DNA of 64,000 nt, from the NCBI GenBank assembly GCA_040954595.2, contig CM082588.2, forward strand, positions 9,036,844-9,100,843, in the 5' to 3' direction. Below, piece after piece: positions 51,201-64,000 of this stretch. Position 1 is the first letter of the stretch, and each line of letters opens with the position of its first letter. Position numbers and translations under genes: made by a program. The notes beneath the pieces are model-generated. The model searched no databases. It saw only the letters and a list, made by a program, of their open reading frames with translations, and had not been told where the DNA came from. Source of the DNA: Balanoglossus misakiensis (Eukaryota > Animalia > Hemichordata).

Positions 51201-54200
51201 AGGTTGACCCCACCAAACACTCAAAATTGATGGGCACGACACTGGCCACTAGCTCTGCATGGCCTGGTTAATCAATGTTGACGCAAAGGTTGACCCCACC
51301 AAACACTCAAAATTGATGGGCACGACACTGGCCACTAGCTCTGGCCTGGCTAAGCAAGGTTGACGCAAAGGTTGACCCCACCAAACACTCAAAATTGATG
51401 GGCACGACACTGGCCAATAGCTCTGCATGGCCTGGTTAATCAATGTTGACGCAAAGGTTGACCCCACCAAACACTCAAAATTAATGGGCACGACACTGGC
51501 CACTAGCTCTGCATGGCCTGGTTAATCAATGTTGACGCAAAGGTTGACCCCACCAAACACTCAAAATTGATGGGCACGACACTGGCCACTAGCTCTGCAT
51601 GGCCTGGTTAATCAATGTTGACGCAAAGGTTGACCCCACCAAACACTCAAAATTGGTGGGCACGACACTGGCCACTAGCTCTGCATGGCCTGGTTAATCA
51701 ATGTTGACGCAAAGGTTGACCCCACCAAACACTCAAAATTGATGGGCACGACACTGGCCACTAGCACTGCATGGCCTGGTTAATCAATGTTGACGCAAAG
51801 GTTGACCCCACCAAACACTCAAAATTGATGGGCACGACACTGGCCACTAGCACTGCATGGCCTGGTTAATCAATGTTGAAGCAAAGGTTGACCCCACCAA
51901 ACACTCAAAATTAATGGGCACGACACTGGCCACTAGCTCTGCATGGCCTGGTTAATCAATGTTGACGCAAAGGTTGACCCCACCAAACACTCAAAATTGA
52001 TGGGCACGACACTGGCCACTAGCTCTGCATGGCCTGGTTAATCAATGTTGACGCAAAGGTTGACCCCACCAAACACTCAAAATTGATGGGCACGACACTG
52101 GCCACTAGCTCTGGCCTGGCTAAGCAAGGTTGACGCAAAGGTTGACCCCACCAAACACTCAAAATTGATGGGCACGACACTGGCCACTAGCTCTGCATGG
52201 CCTGGTTAATCAATGTTGACGCAAAGGTTGACCCCACCAAACACTCAAAATTGATGGGCACGACACTGGCCACTAGCTCTGCATGGCCTGGTTAATCAAT
52301 GTTGACGCAAAGGTTGACCCCACCAAACACTCAAAATTGATGGGCACGACACTGGCCACTAGCTCTGCATGGCCTGGTTAATCAATGTTGACGCAAAGGT
52401 TGACCCCAACAAACACTCAAAATTGATGGGCACGACACTGGCCACTAGCTCTGCATGGCCTGGTTAATCAATGTTGACGCAAAGGTTGACCCCAACAAAC
52501 ACTCAAAATTGATGGGCACGACACTGGCCACTAGCTCTGCATGGCCTGGTTAATCAATGTTGACGCAAAGGTTGACCCCACCAAACACTCAAAATTGATG
52601 GGCACGACACTGGCCACTAGCTCTGCATGGCCTGGTTAATCAATGTTGACGCAAAGGTTGACCCCACCAAACACTCAAAATTGATGGGCACGACACTGGC
52701 CACTAGCTCTGCATGGCCTGGTTAATCAATGTTGACGCAAAGGTTGACCCCACCAAACACTCAAAATTGATGGGCACGACACTGGCCACTAGCTCTGCAT
52801 GGCCTGGTTAATCAATGTTGACGCAAAGGTTGACCCCACCAAACACTCAAAATTGATGGGCACGACACTGGCCACTAGCTCTGCATGGCCTGGTTAATCA
52901 ATGTTGACGCAAAGGTTGACCCCACCAAACACTCAAAATTGATGGGCACGACACTGGCCACTAGCTCTGCATGGCCTGGTTAATCAATGTTGACGCAAAG
53001 GTTGACCCCACCAAACACTCAAAATTGATGGGCACGACACTGGCCACTAGCTCTGCATGGCCTGGTTAATCAATGTTGACGCAAAGGTTGACCCCACCAA
53101 ACACTCAAAATTGATGGGCACGACACTGGCCACTAGCTCTGCATGGCCTGGTTAATCAATGTTGACGCAAAGGTTGACCCCACCAAACACTCAAAATTGA
53201 TGGGCACGACACTGGCCACTAGCTCTGCATGGCCTGGTTAATCAATGTTGACGCAAAGGTTGACCCCACCAAACACTCAAAATTGATGGGCACGACACTG
53301 GCCACTAGCTCTGCATGGCCTGGTTAATCAATGTTGACGCAAAGGTTGACCCCACCAAACACTCAAAATTGATGGGCACGACACTGGCCACTAGCTCTGC
53401 ATGGCCTGGTTAATCAATGTTGACGCAAAGGTTGACCCCACCAAACACTCAAAATTGATGGGCACGACACTGGCCACTAGCTCTGCATGGCCTGGTTAAT
53501 CAATGTTGACGCAAAGGTTGACCCCACCAAACACTAAAAATTGATGGGCACGACACTGGCCACTAGCTCTGCATGGCCTGGTTAATCAATGTTGACGCAA
53601 AGGTTGACCCCACCAAACACTCAAAATTGATGGGCACGACACTGGCCACTAGCACTGCATGGCCTGGTTAATCAATGTTGACGCAAAGGTTGACCCCACC
53701 AAACACTCAAAATTGATGGGCACGACACTGGCCACTAGCTCTGCATGGCCTGGTTAATCAATGTTGACGCAAAGGTTGACCCCACCAAACACTCAAAATT
53801 GATGGGCACGACACTGGCCACTAGCTCTGCATGGCCTGGTTAATCAATGTTGACGCAAAGGTTGACCCCACCAAACACTCAAAATTGATGGGCACGACAC
53901 TGGCCACTAGCTCTGCATGGCCTGGTTAATCAATGTTGACGCAAAGGTTGACCCCACCAAACACTCAAAATTGATGGGCACGACACTGGCCACTAGCACT
54001 GCATGGCCTGGTTAATCAATGTTGACGCAAAGGTTGACCCCACCAAACACTCAAAATTGATGGGCACGACACTGGCCACTAGCTCTGCATGGCCTGGTTA
54101 ATCAATGTTGACGCAAAGGTTGACCCCACCAAACACTCAAAATTGATGGGCACGACACTGGCCACTAGCTCTGCATGGCCTGGTTAATCAATGTTGACGC

Positions 54201-55857
54201 AAAGGTTGACCCCACCAAACACTCAAAATTGATGGGCACGACACTGGCCACTAGCTCTGCATGGCCTGGTTAATCAATGTTGACGCAAAGGTTGACCCCA
54301 CCAAACACTCAAAATTGATGGGCACGACACTGGCCACTAGCTCTGCATGGCCTGGTTAATCAATGTTGACGCAAAGGTTGACCCCACCAAACACTCAAAA
54401 TTGATGGGCACGACACTGGCCACTAGCTCTGCATGGCCTGGTTAATCAATGTTGACGCAAAGGTTGACCCCACCAAACACTCAAAATTGATGGGCACGAC
54501 ACTGGCCACTAGCTCTGCATGGCCTGGTTAATCAATGTTGACACAAAGGTTGACCCCACCAAACACTCAAAATTGATGGGCACGACACTGGCCACTAGCT
54601 CTGCATGGCCTGGTTAATCAATGTTGACGCAAAGGTTGACCCCACCAAACACTCAAAATTGATGGGCACGACACTGGCCACTAGCTCTGCATGGCCTGGT
54701 TAATCAATGTTGACGCAAAGGTTGACCCCACCAAACACTCAAAATTGATGGGCACGACACTGGCCACTAGCTCTGCATGGCCTGGTTAATCAATGTTGAC
54801 GCAAAGGTTGACCACACCAAACACTCATTATTGAAGGGCACGACACTGGCCACTAGCTCTGGCCTGGCTAATCAAGGTTGACGCAAGGGTTGACCCCACC
54901 AAACACTCAAAATTGATGGGCACGACACTGGCAACTAGCTCTGGCTTGGCTAATCAAGATTGACGCAAGAGTTGACCCCACCAAACACTCAAAATTGATG
55001 GGCACGACACTGGCCACTAGCTCTGGCCTGGCTAATCAAGATTGACGCAAGAGTTGACCCCACCAAACACTCAAAATTGATGGGCACGACACTGGCCACT
55101 AGCTCTGGCCTGGCTAAGCAAGGTTGACGCAAAGGTTGACCCCACCAAACACTCAAAATTGATGGGCACGACACTGGCCACTAGCTCTGCATGGCCTGGT
55201 TAATCAATGTTGACGCAAAGGTTGACCCCACCAAACACTCAAAATTGATGGGCACGACACTGGCCACTAGCTCTGCATGGCCTGGTTAATCAATGTTGAC
55301 GCAAAGGTTGACCCCACCAAACACTCAAAATTGATGGGCACGACACTGGCCACTAGCTCTGGCCAGGCTAATCAAGGTTGACGCAAGGGTTGACCCCACC
55401 AAACACTCAAAATTGATGGGCACGACACTGGCCACTAGCTCTGCATGGCCTGGCTAATCAAGGTTGACGCAAAGGGTTGACCCCACCAAACACTCAAAAT
55501 TGATGGGCACGACACTGGCCACTAGCTCTGGCTTGGCTAATCAAGGTTGACGCAAGAGTTGACCCCACCAAACACTCAAAATTGATGGGCACGACACTGG
55601 CCACTAGCCCTGGCCTGGCTAATCAAGGTTGACGCAATGGTTGACCCCACCAAACACTCAAAATTGATGGGCACGACACTGGCCACTAGCTCTGGCCTGG
55701 CTAATCAAGGTTGACGCAAGAGTTGACCCCACCAAACACTCAAAATTGATGGGCACGACACTGGCCACTAGCTCTGGCCTGGCTAATCAAGGTTGACGCA
55801 AGGGTTGACCCCACCAAACACTCAAAATTGATGGGCACGACACTGGCCACTAGCTCT
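42233..55857. repeat. Satellite array, 86-bp monomer (82-bp variant), ~159 copies, 13.6 kb
   Basis: Unit TGACCCCACCAAACACTCAAAATTRATGGGCACGACACTGGCCACTAGCTCTG(CATG)GCCTGGTTAATCAATGTTGACGCAAAGGT. Period confirmed at 52831/52917; head-to-tail with no spacers. Confidence 0.98.
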
Positions 55858-57030
55858 CTCTAATTGTTTTCCATATTGCAGTAGTGTTATTTTCATTTTG
55901 TATAAAAATATTGCTATAGTACATCTGTTTGGCTTTCCTGAGTAAAGCCGATAAAATATTTCGATATTTTTTATAATTATCAACAGCAACAGCATTATTA
56001 AATGTTGATTTATATAATTTGTTATATAGCCTATGTTTGGTGTTAATAGATTTTCTAAGTGATTTGGTGATCCAAGGTTTTTTTTATTTTTTTGGTACTA
56101 TAGGATTTTGTAGAAATAGGTGCATGTTTATCACAAATTTCATTAAAAACTGAATAAAAATTGTTGTAAGCCTCATTAGCATCAGAGGAATGGTACACAG
56201 AATCCCATGTTGTGTTTTCAAGATCTTCGTAAAATTGGGAGGGACTATAGTTTTTGAAATTTCTGAAAATAATTTTCTCTTTTTGTGGCAATTTTAGAGG
56301 AATATTTTCTAAAAGAGTATACACAGGGAAATGGTCTGAAATATCTGTGATTATAGTGCCAGCATGAATAGGACGTTGATTATTTTTTTGTGTAGATGTG
56401 GTCAATTAAAGTTTCAGATGAACTAGTCACTCTGGTTGGGGTAGATATCAGCTGTCTTAAGCCTATACATTCCAAGGAGGATAGATATGAATCTATATTG
56501 GGGTTAGTCAGTCTTATGTTAGTATCAATATTAAAATCGCCCATTAAAATACAATTATTTTTGTCACATCTGAACTCATTTAAAACTTGCACGAGACTAA
56601 TTTGAAATTCTGTTATATCAGTATTAGGTTTTCTGTAGATTATTCCCATAATTATCTTCGTATTTTTAACCTGTACCTCCATCCAGAGTGATTCTGAGTG
56701 ACTGACACTTGCTCGAAGCAGCTTGTAGATTACTGATGAATGTATGTAAGCCCCAACCCCACCACCCCTTCCTACTTCACGAGACTTCACATCTAATGTG
56801 TAATCTTGCATATTACAAATACTTAAGTTATTTGGGTCCCATACTTCAGAGATTCCAATGATAGCGAATTTGGACTTGATAATATCTTCATATAGTAATT
56901 TTAAGGCATCAACGTTTCTGTTTAATGATCTGACATTTAGATGGGAAACACAAAATGAATTATAAAGCTGGGGGGAAAAGGGTTCATCAAAATCACAGGG
57001 TGGAAGGGTATGATGACTTACATTGAAGAG
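55858..57030 (-). mobile_element. CR1/L2-group LINE ORF2 fragment: AP-endonuclease domain plus linker, RT absent
   Basis: HLNVRSL, IIGISEVW, GRGGGVGAYI, IIYRKP, ILMGDFNID, PTRVT..SETLIDHIYT, ISDHFPV, then DKHAP and KPWIT. Two frameshifts, both in poly-A runs. Confidence 0.92.
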
Positions 57031-57486
57031 AGGCCCTTTGAGTTTTATTGTAGTCTTACGCATCCTTTCACATAAGAAGAGTTAGTAGACGTGAGTTGAC
57101 TGACCGTTATTAACCGCTTTTGATTTGATATTGTTTTCCACCAAGTTTTTGCCTTGTTTTCGACATTGTAAATGTGTATTCTTTTGTTGAAGTGATGCCG
57201 TGAAGTGTATTGAAGTTTAATAGGTTTTTGAGGAGTTGTTGAAGTTTTTGTGATGACCGCAAGAGAGACGGTCTGGTGATGAAGTCGTGATGTTTTAATG
57301 ACCGCAAGGGAGACGGTCTGGCGTATGAAAATGGCCCTTTGAGTTGGCATGTGAGTTCATACGAGGGACAAGAGAGAAGTCCCAGAGTGTAGTTGAAGTT
57401 GAGCGTGATTTTATTGTAGTTTTACGCATCCTTTCACATAAGAATTCGTTTCGTGGTTATTTTTGAACCTGACAGTATGATGAAGT

Positions 57487-57883
57487 GTATCTGTATCTGT
57501 ATCTGTATATGTATAATACTGCAGAGTAACTCAGAAATTGAGCAGTAATCCTGCAGGTGCGCAAGGTGAATTTAGTCGTGATGACTAGTTATTCCTGAAA
57601 GACCAGCTTTAAAATGCTCTAGGTTTGTGCTAGTTACAATGTTATCAGGTAAGTGGTTCCAGTCAATAATGGTTTGCGGAATGAAGGAGTGTTTGTAAGT
57701 ATCTGTTTTGCACATTTGTATGAACAGGGGTCTTGAGTGTGAATTCATGGATGTACGTGGGTTGAATTTAATATGACTTTCGGCTGGAGTTGCGATTTGT
57801 TTATTTACGATTTTGTACATAAGATGAAGCCGCTGTTCTCTCCTGCGATCAGATAGTGGTATTAAATTAAGATCTTTTAACAT
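57487..57883 (-). mobile_element. CR1-group LINE 3' end fragment
   Basis: MLKDLNLIPLSDRRREQRLHLMYKIV...YKHSFIPQTIIDWNHLP, followed by a (GATACA)n tail. Confidence 0.85.
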
Positions 57884-59689
57884 TCATTAAATTCATTTTT
57901 ACTGTTTATTACGAGCTTGTATTGCATTATGATCCACTCTGAAATGCTCCGTACTTGGCGGTATTATCCGGAACCGTTATTGTGTTCGAGAGAATCTTTG
58001 GAATGTGCCTGCTCCGTTAGTACAGCAGTGAAGAGAATGTTTGTACGAAAGAACTATCAGACTTGATTTTTTATGCGGTTATTGACTGTTGAATTTTTCA
58101 CTGGAAAAGAGACACTCTTTGACGAGAAGTCAGAACAGTGAAGTCGTTTTGAATTTTGACATTGAAAACGTTTTATGCGATTTTCTTTAATTTGTTTGAA
58201 CAGGCTGTGATATTTTAAAGGTGATTATTGAGTTTGATTTTGACGTAGTGTATTTAAAACCGATAGCGCAGACCTGGTTTTCGTTTTCATTCTTTCTTTG
58301 ATCGAACGTGGAAGTTCAATTATTGGAAAAGTGGGAAAGTGTCACGACTGAGTTTTAACGCTCATAGATCTTTTCTATGATTACGTAAGAAGTCATTCAC
58401 TTGTATGGTTTTAGTCCAGTATTGACATAGGTACTTGACCCAGAGTAAACAAGATTGTGTAATTGATACATGTCAGAACGAGATAGAAAGGGCTTTCTCA
58501 CGTGCAATGATTAGGGCGCCCTTTTCGGGATTATAAAAGTTGGCAAACATTTCTTATCAGCGACTCAAATAGTTTTGCATTCACATGTGTATAAAAGGGA
58601 CGGGATCACCGCACTCAATGCGTCCACAGCAGAGTGGCTAAAGGTCACAATGGCGGATTCAGTGATGTGTTTACTGTATATGTAGCTCTGGACTTATACC
58701 CAAACAGCGTATACCGTAATCTATCCTTCGGTTCGACCAGGAAAAAATAATTATTCTTTACAAAAAGATGAAACAATGGGGGTAAAAATGAGTCAAAGTG
58801 CCAGAACGACCCCCTCGGACATTTATGCAAATTAGGTTCAAATAGGCTTCATGGTGCGATTGAAAATCAAGGACACATTTCGCCACTTGTCCCATTTGTT
58901 GTTCCACATCAAATAAATGGAAGATCCGAGAAAATCCACACTTTTCCAGTTTTTGTACAGTCATCCTATAAGTATAAGCGCTTCTACGGTACCGCCTGTG
59001 AGTCTTACAGCTTTGAAACCAGTGCGTAATATACTAGTAGCATGACTCCATGCTAGTAAAAGCATACCGGGATGTGGGAACGCTTTGAGTTGGTCCCTTG
59101 GGACAAAGACGTTTTTAATTTATTCACGCACAGGGATGTATTTTTAGCCAGACAATGGCAAGACCTAGTTGCCTAGCAATTATCACCATGAACTTTGCTA
59201 CAAGTTTCACTACCACTTCCACTGGGCGTCTCAATTTTTTCAGCAGAGCCCCAGCTGCAGTAAGTTCCGACTACCTCAAGGCTTTGCCTGTAGGTTTTGG
59301 GGCTCCTCATTTTACTGATGACCATCAGCAACAAGGCAAATTGACCGTTGACTAAGCAAGGTGCTAAACATCGCTCTTTTCAGAGGGGTAATTTTACATG
59401 CAAGCTCATTAGAAACTGCCACTTGTATCCCCTCAAACCGCGTCGGCAGAGTGCGTTTAGATCGGCGTTTAGTGCGGTGTTTCTGTTCACACGTGATTTG
59501 AATCGCTGTTTAGTGCGGCGCCCCGACCCAGGTCCCACCCCTCAACACCGTCACAAAAAAAGAGCGGCGTAGGGCCGCTCTCACCTTTTCACACGTGGCA
59601 CTTACAAATTAACGCCGCCCTAGCACCGCCGCTGGGGCGGCGTTGACGGCACGTGAGAAAGGCACTAGAGATATCACGCGCTAAGTTCA

Positions 59690-60061
59690 TGTTTAAGATA
59701 TATTAAGATGACGTGTTCCTTTTATGACTTAATACTTGACTAACGTATTAATAAGGTGTGGTGAAATTTGAGATCACACGTTTATCACCGGAGATCCGTG
59801 ATGGGAGTCAACGAGCATGGATCGAGTCGTGCAATTCTTACGTGTGACCAGTAATAAACCAGAACTTTGTGTTACTCGGAAAACTTGTTGCAAGTCTCTG
59901 TCTACGAAAGGTTTACGATCTGCCGGGTACCTCTCTCGGAGTTTATGAATATGTTGGGTGGAGAAGGAGATGGAGAGAATGTACGCCGTTAGCCTTCGGA
60001 CGTGGCTGATTCCCCACAGAAGCCGATGAGGTAAACGTCCGGAGGACGACCGGCCGTAACA
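59690..60061 (+). mobile_element. Possible solo LTR
   Basis: TGTT...TAACA ends, internal AATAAA at ~59853, terminal hairpin 59993-60045. No TSD or PBS confirmed. Confidence 0.25.
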
Positions 60062-60395
60062 ACAAACTGCATGAATTAAAGTTCAACAATCCTTAGAAGA
60101 CAGGAACGTCAGAGGTTGAATCTTGATGGGAAAAGGCGAGGTATCGCTGGTTATCATCGGCGTACTGATGAAATTGTAGGATGTGGGGTGAATCAGTTTA
60201 CTATAAAGTGGGGCTATATAAATGGTGAACAAGAGAGGGCCAGTGGCACCCCGTATACGAGAGGTGACTTTGAACTTGCAGTGTTTTCGATGATTACAGT
60301 TTGATATCTATATTGAAGGTAAGATGTAAACCATGTTAGTACTGTGTCTGAGATGCCAAGGTTCGATAGTCTACAAAGAAGTATCCCGTGATGCA
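60062..60395 (-). mobile_element. L2-like LINE reverse-transcriptase fragment
   Basis: HGILLCRLSNLGISDTVLTWFTSYLQYRYQTV...LVYGVP and, after a frameshift, FHQYADDNQ. Confidence 0.8.
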
Positions 60396-62562
60396 AATGT
60401 ACAACTGAAGAAAAAAGAAATCACAAATCTTAAAACTAAGATGCCGTTAAGAATTAAATTTCGCGAAAAGGAAGTGACGAAATACGTACAATTTCAGGTG
60501 CTCTACAACAAGTAGTCTCCCTATCATCCCTATTGGAGCATGCAGCTAAAATTTACCATGACGTCATTGATTCTACGCGAACGTTTTTCTAATGGCGATA
60601 AACATATTTTGTATAAATTGTGCTCAAACGCCCGTGAATCTCACTCGCAAAAATTCACAAGTGGCGCATACAACACTAGGAAGAAAATTGTTTAGCAGTC
60701 TATAGAGTTTGTGACCTGAGATTTGGAAGTAAAAGTTAAACTTAAAAGTTGAGACAGAAGTGGTTGAAGAGTAAAGAAACTTTTGAAGTGTTAAGAAAGT
60801 TATCGCATTTCTGATGAAAAGAAAAGAAAATACAATACATTCATTGTTTTAAGGAACACAAGGAAGACAAGTACTATGCAATCAGAGTATGCATGGATCA
60901 TTCATCTAAAAATATATCTCCGCGTCTTTTGGCGGGTAAAAATAAAATGCTGGAACGGTCTTTTGGATGGCGGACTATTTGTGTCCTTCTTGTCCTCAGA
61001 ACGCAAGTGGTCGAGTAGGTTTATTTCATTAAATTCTTATATTCTCAGTTGCTACCATAAATACCCAGTGTTCGTGTCGATCTATTTGGACGTCAGCACG
61101 ATTCCATATCTCAGTATCAGCCAAGCGAGTTATCCCCATCAATAGAGTTTAATTCACCGTTACATTCCCAACACAAATCCTCTCGCGTGACACAGAGGTA
61201 CAAGGTATACAAGGAAACATGCAACCATCCAGAAAGTGTAATAAATTTTGAAGCCATGATGTGAATTTTTAGTTGGTTTCTTCTTTTGATTTGTTGATGT
61301 AACACTGGGCGTTTTTAGTAAAAGATCAAAAATGTACAGCAATGACGTCACAAAATTCACTGGAATTGATAAACCTATATTATATCATATATGATATGTG
61401 TTAAATACTACCATATATCATTATTGCAGTACAGGTTAATACAAAATTAAATGACACAATTTCTGTTTCTTTCCAAAATTCTTAATAACAAGATCTACCC
61501 AGCCTTATGCCTCTACTCTATTGCTAAGAGAAACCAGCCTCCATAACATGCATTGTGAAACCCCTTAACAACATGCATGTCAACACTTCATTTTTTCTCA
61601 AGCATTGTCAGTTTAGTACCCTGACAACTCACGGGGCATTCAGGGACAATATTAAAGCTGATTCAGTGTTTATGTGCATAAAACACACGGCGGTGGAAAC
61701 ATTCGTTAATTATTGTGGACGCGCGCACGCCCTTGTCTGTGTACAGGTACTTGCTGCTTGTCTACAGTCACTTGAAACGCTGTTGGTATACCCTAGAAGA
61801 TAGATGTCTTTAATCAGAACTTTAGTAAGGAAGGTTTGAGAAGTCCATTCTATGTAAAGAAAGTTTAAGAAGTGTGTTACCAAAGGGGGTGGTGGCACGC
61901 CCACAAATTCACTCACGACTTGCGTCACCGGTTACAGGAGGAGTTCGTACAACACTGTGGTTCATGCACATTTACACTGAATCAGTTTTTTTTTGGCCCA
62001 TGATGCCCATAGGCCAATACAGGCCACGATGCCTCCAGAATGATGATGGCAATGATGGTGATGATGATGATTGTGGTGGTGGTGGTGGTGGTGGTTGAGC
62101 TTTAATTTCCCTTTCTTCCTGTCTAACCACTTCCTCTCTCACCTTCACTTATTCGGTCTCTCCCCTCCCCTTCTGTCAAAGTCCTCCCCTCATCCCCTTT
62201 CTATCCTGACATTCTCATTTCCGCCCTCTTGCTTTTCTTCTCTCCTTTCTCACATTCCTTCTCTCACCTCCTCTCCCCCTCCGTAACATGTTATGACAAT
62301 ATAAAGTAAAAAAGGGTCCAAAGTATGTTATCACATATGACATTTGGAATGTATTATTGTACTATCTGGTTTAATTTCAAACATAGTGGAGTTATTTATT
62401 GGCCAGTATTTAAGCATGTTTAAAGAAGTCAAACAGCATAATAGGCACATTTCATATGAAACAAAATTGACCAAATAAGCTCAAAAGAGGATTTGAACAA
62501 TTTGTCCCTTTAAGTAATGTTCAATATTGGATTTACACTTGTGATTGTATGTCATCTCCCTT

Positions 62563-63190
62563 TAGTGGAGCGGCCAAACCCCAATTTTCATAGCGATTGT
62601 GCATTTTGTGATAAAAGCACCAAACTTGGCTCAGATGTGTGTTACTGTGTACTAAGCAAATTCAGATAGCGAGCCACTTAATATCTGTTAACGGGTAGCC
62701 ATGGCAACCATTTTTCAAAATGGCCGCCACTACATTAATCTTTCCCACAAAATAACGACTAAAGAACACCAAGGTAATTTCAGATTATGATATTTGAAAC
62801 CAGAAACTATAGAAAGGGTGATTTGCAAAGTATTTGTGGTCACCGAAATAGTTATAGATACAGAATAAAGGATAAAACACAGTTTAATGTCTACAGTGGA
62901 GCGGCATAACAGACCGATTGTGCATTTTGTGATAAAAGCACCAAACTTGGCTCAGATGTGCGTTAATGTGTACTAAACAAATTCAGATAGCAAGCCACAA
63001 TATCTGTTGATGAGTTTCCATGGCAACAATTTTTTCATTTTTTCAAAATGGCCGCCAATACAGATAATCTTACCCACAAAATAACAATTATAAAACACCA
63101 AAATAAATTCATATTACAATATTTGAAACAAGAAACTGCTCAAAGAGTAATTTTCAAAATATTTATCATCACTAAACTAGTTATAGGGGT
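62563..63190. repeat. ~330-bp diverged tandem duplication
   Basis: AGTGGAGCGGC..CGATTGTGCATTTTGTGATAAAAGCACCAAACTTGGCTCAGATGTG..CCATGGCAAC..CAAAATGGCCGCC at ~62563 and ~62895. Confidence 0.75.
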
Positions 63191-63724
63191 AAATACAGGA
63201 TCGAGATTCAGTCGCTAAAGAAATTTAAGTTTGGTAATAACCCTGGTTACAACAAACTTAGTTAAAACACTGTATAACCATAGATATATTATAATAGTGG
63301 CCTAGCATAAACAAAATTTTCATAACATTTGGGCATTTAGTGATAAAAGTTTAACAAGTAAAGTTGATTCGTTATTTTCCCCATAAAAATATCTTTGATG
63401 AACAAAATTCCAAATTTAGTCAACCCAGGAAAAAACGGCATCTTGTTTCTCAACCTTATAAATTGATCTGACCAGTTTGAATCAGTGCAGAATCTAGATT
63501 TTCTATTTTATCTTCATCAAATAATTCATGAAAATAAAGAATCACAAAATGGTGGCAGAAAGCCAGTATCATGACAGTCGATTGGTTTGTTAAAGTTACT
63601 ATAGAAACTAACTATGTCTAGGTTGCATGTATATAGATAGATGTTAGGAATCAAAATCTGTTTCAAACTTTTGCCAGTCAATGTTAGCATCGGTGGGAAA
63701 GTGCTACGCCTTGGTACACTAGAT

Positions 63725-64000
63725 GTGGTGAAGAATGAAGGGGGTGGGTGTGGAGGGGGTATCTCCCTCCCACCTAAGAAAATTTTGTAAAATATTGGGC
63801 TGAAAGTTGCATTTTAATGAACTCAAAAGCAAATTAACTCAATATTGGGGAGGACCAATTTTACTTTTGCCACTCAACTCAAAGTACGCATCGGGTGGTA
63901 AGTAGTCGGCCCTCGTACACTAGACAAACCAGCCAATAAATGTAATGTGGCGAAGAATGGAGGGGGTGGGTGTGAAAATGAGAAAATTTTGTAAAATAAA
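63725..64000 (+). repeat. ~220-bp unit repeat, also found inside the Harbinger element at ~31395-31690
   Basis: GAAGGGGGTGGGTGTGG..CCCTCCCAC.TAAGAAAATTT..TGCATTTTAATGAAC..AAAAGCAAATTAACTCAA. Confidence 0.7.

Noticed and set aside
42233-55857. CRISPR-like array or repetitive protein gene
   Set aside because: Head-to-tail monomers with no unique spacers. Units of 86/82 bp are not multiples of 3, and ORFs arise only where rare variants remove stops.
55840-55870. In-frame fusion of LINE ORF2 to the satellite peptide ELVASVVP
   Set aside because: Direct translation gives WKTIRES*, a stop just inside the array.
59993-60045. Hammerhead ribozyme
   Set aside because: A closing stem exists, but the CTGANGA and GAAA core elements are not present in the required form.

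Overview
Eukaryotic, AT-rich, repeat-dense genomic DNA, probably from a marine invertebrate (the taxon is an inference). The only convincing host gene is a UBE2J1 (Ubc6-family E2) orthologue on the + strand, with six exons between 1553 and 18742; its first exon lies upstream of the window. Its large introns carry nested antisense transposons. One is a Ngaro/DIRS-like gag remnant interrupted by a 4.9-kb hAT element with 16-bp TIRs and a 10-exon pseudogenised transposase. That element is flanked by a ~192-bp direct duplication abutting both TIRs instead of an 8-bp TSD. A second, diverged hAT copy with the same intron positions lies in the last intron. Downstream are many MITEs and a ~4.5-kb tandem segmental duplication. 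Each copy of the duplication carries a pair of short paralogous exon-like cassettes with mutually inverted cores that would fold into a hairpin once spliced. Further on are HINE/Helentron-like repeats, a 50-bp minisatellite and a 13.6-kb 86/82-bp satellite with higher-order structure that directly abuts a near-intact LINE endonuclease fragment. Several other CR1/L2 fragments follow. All coordinates were read by eye and no database searches were run.
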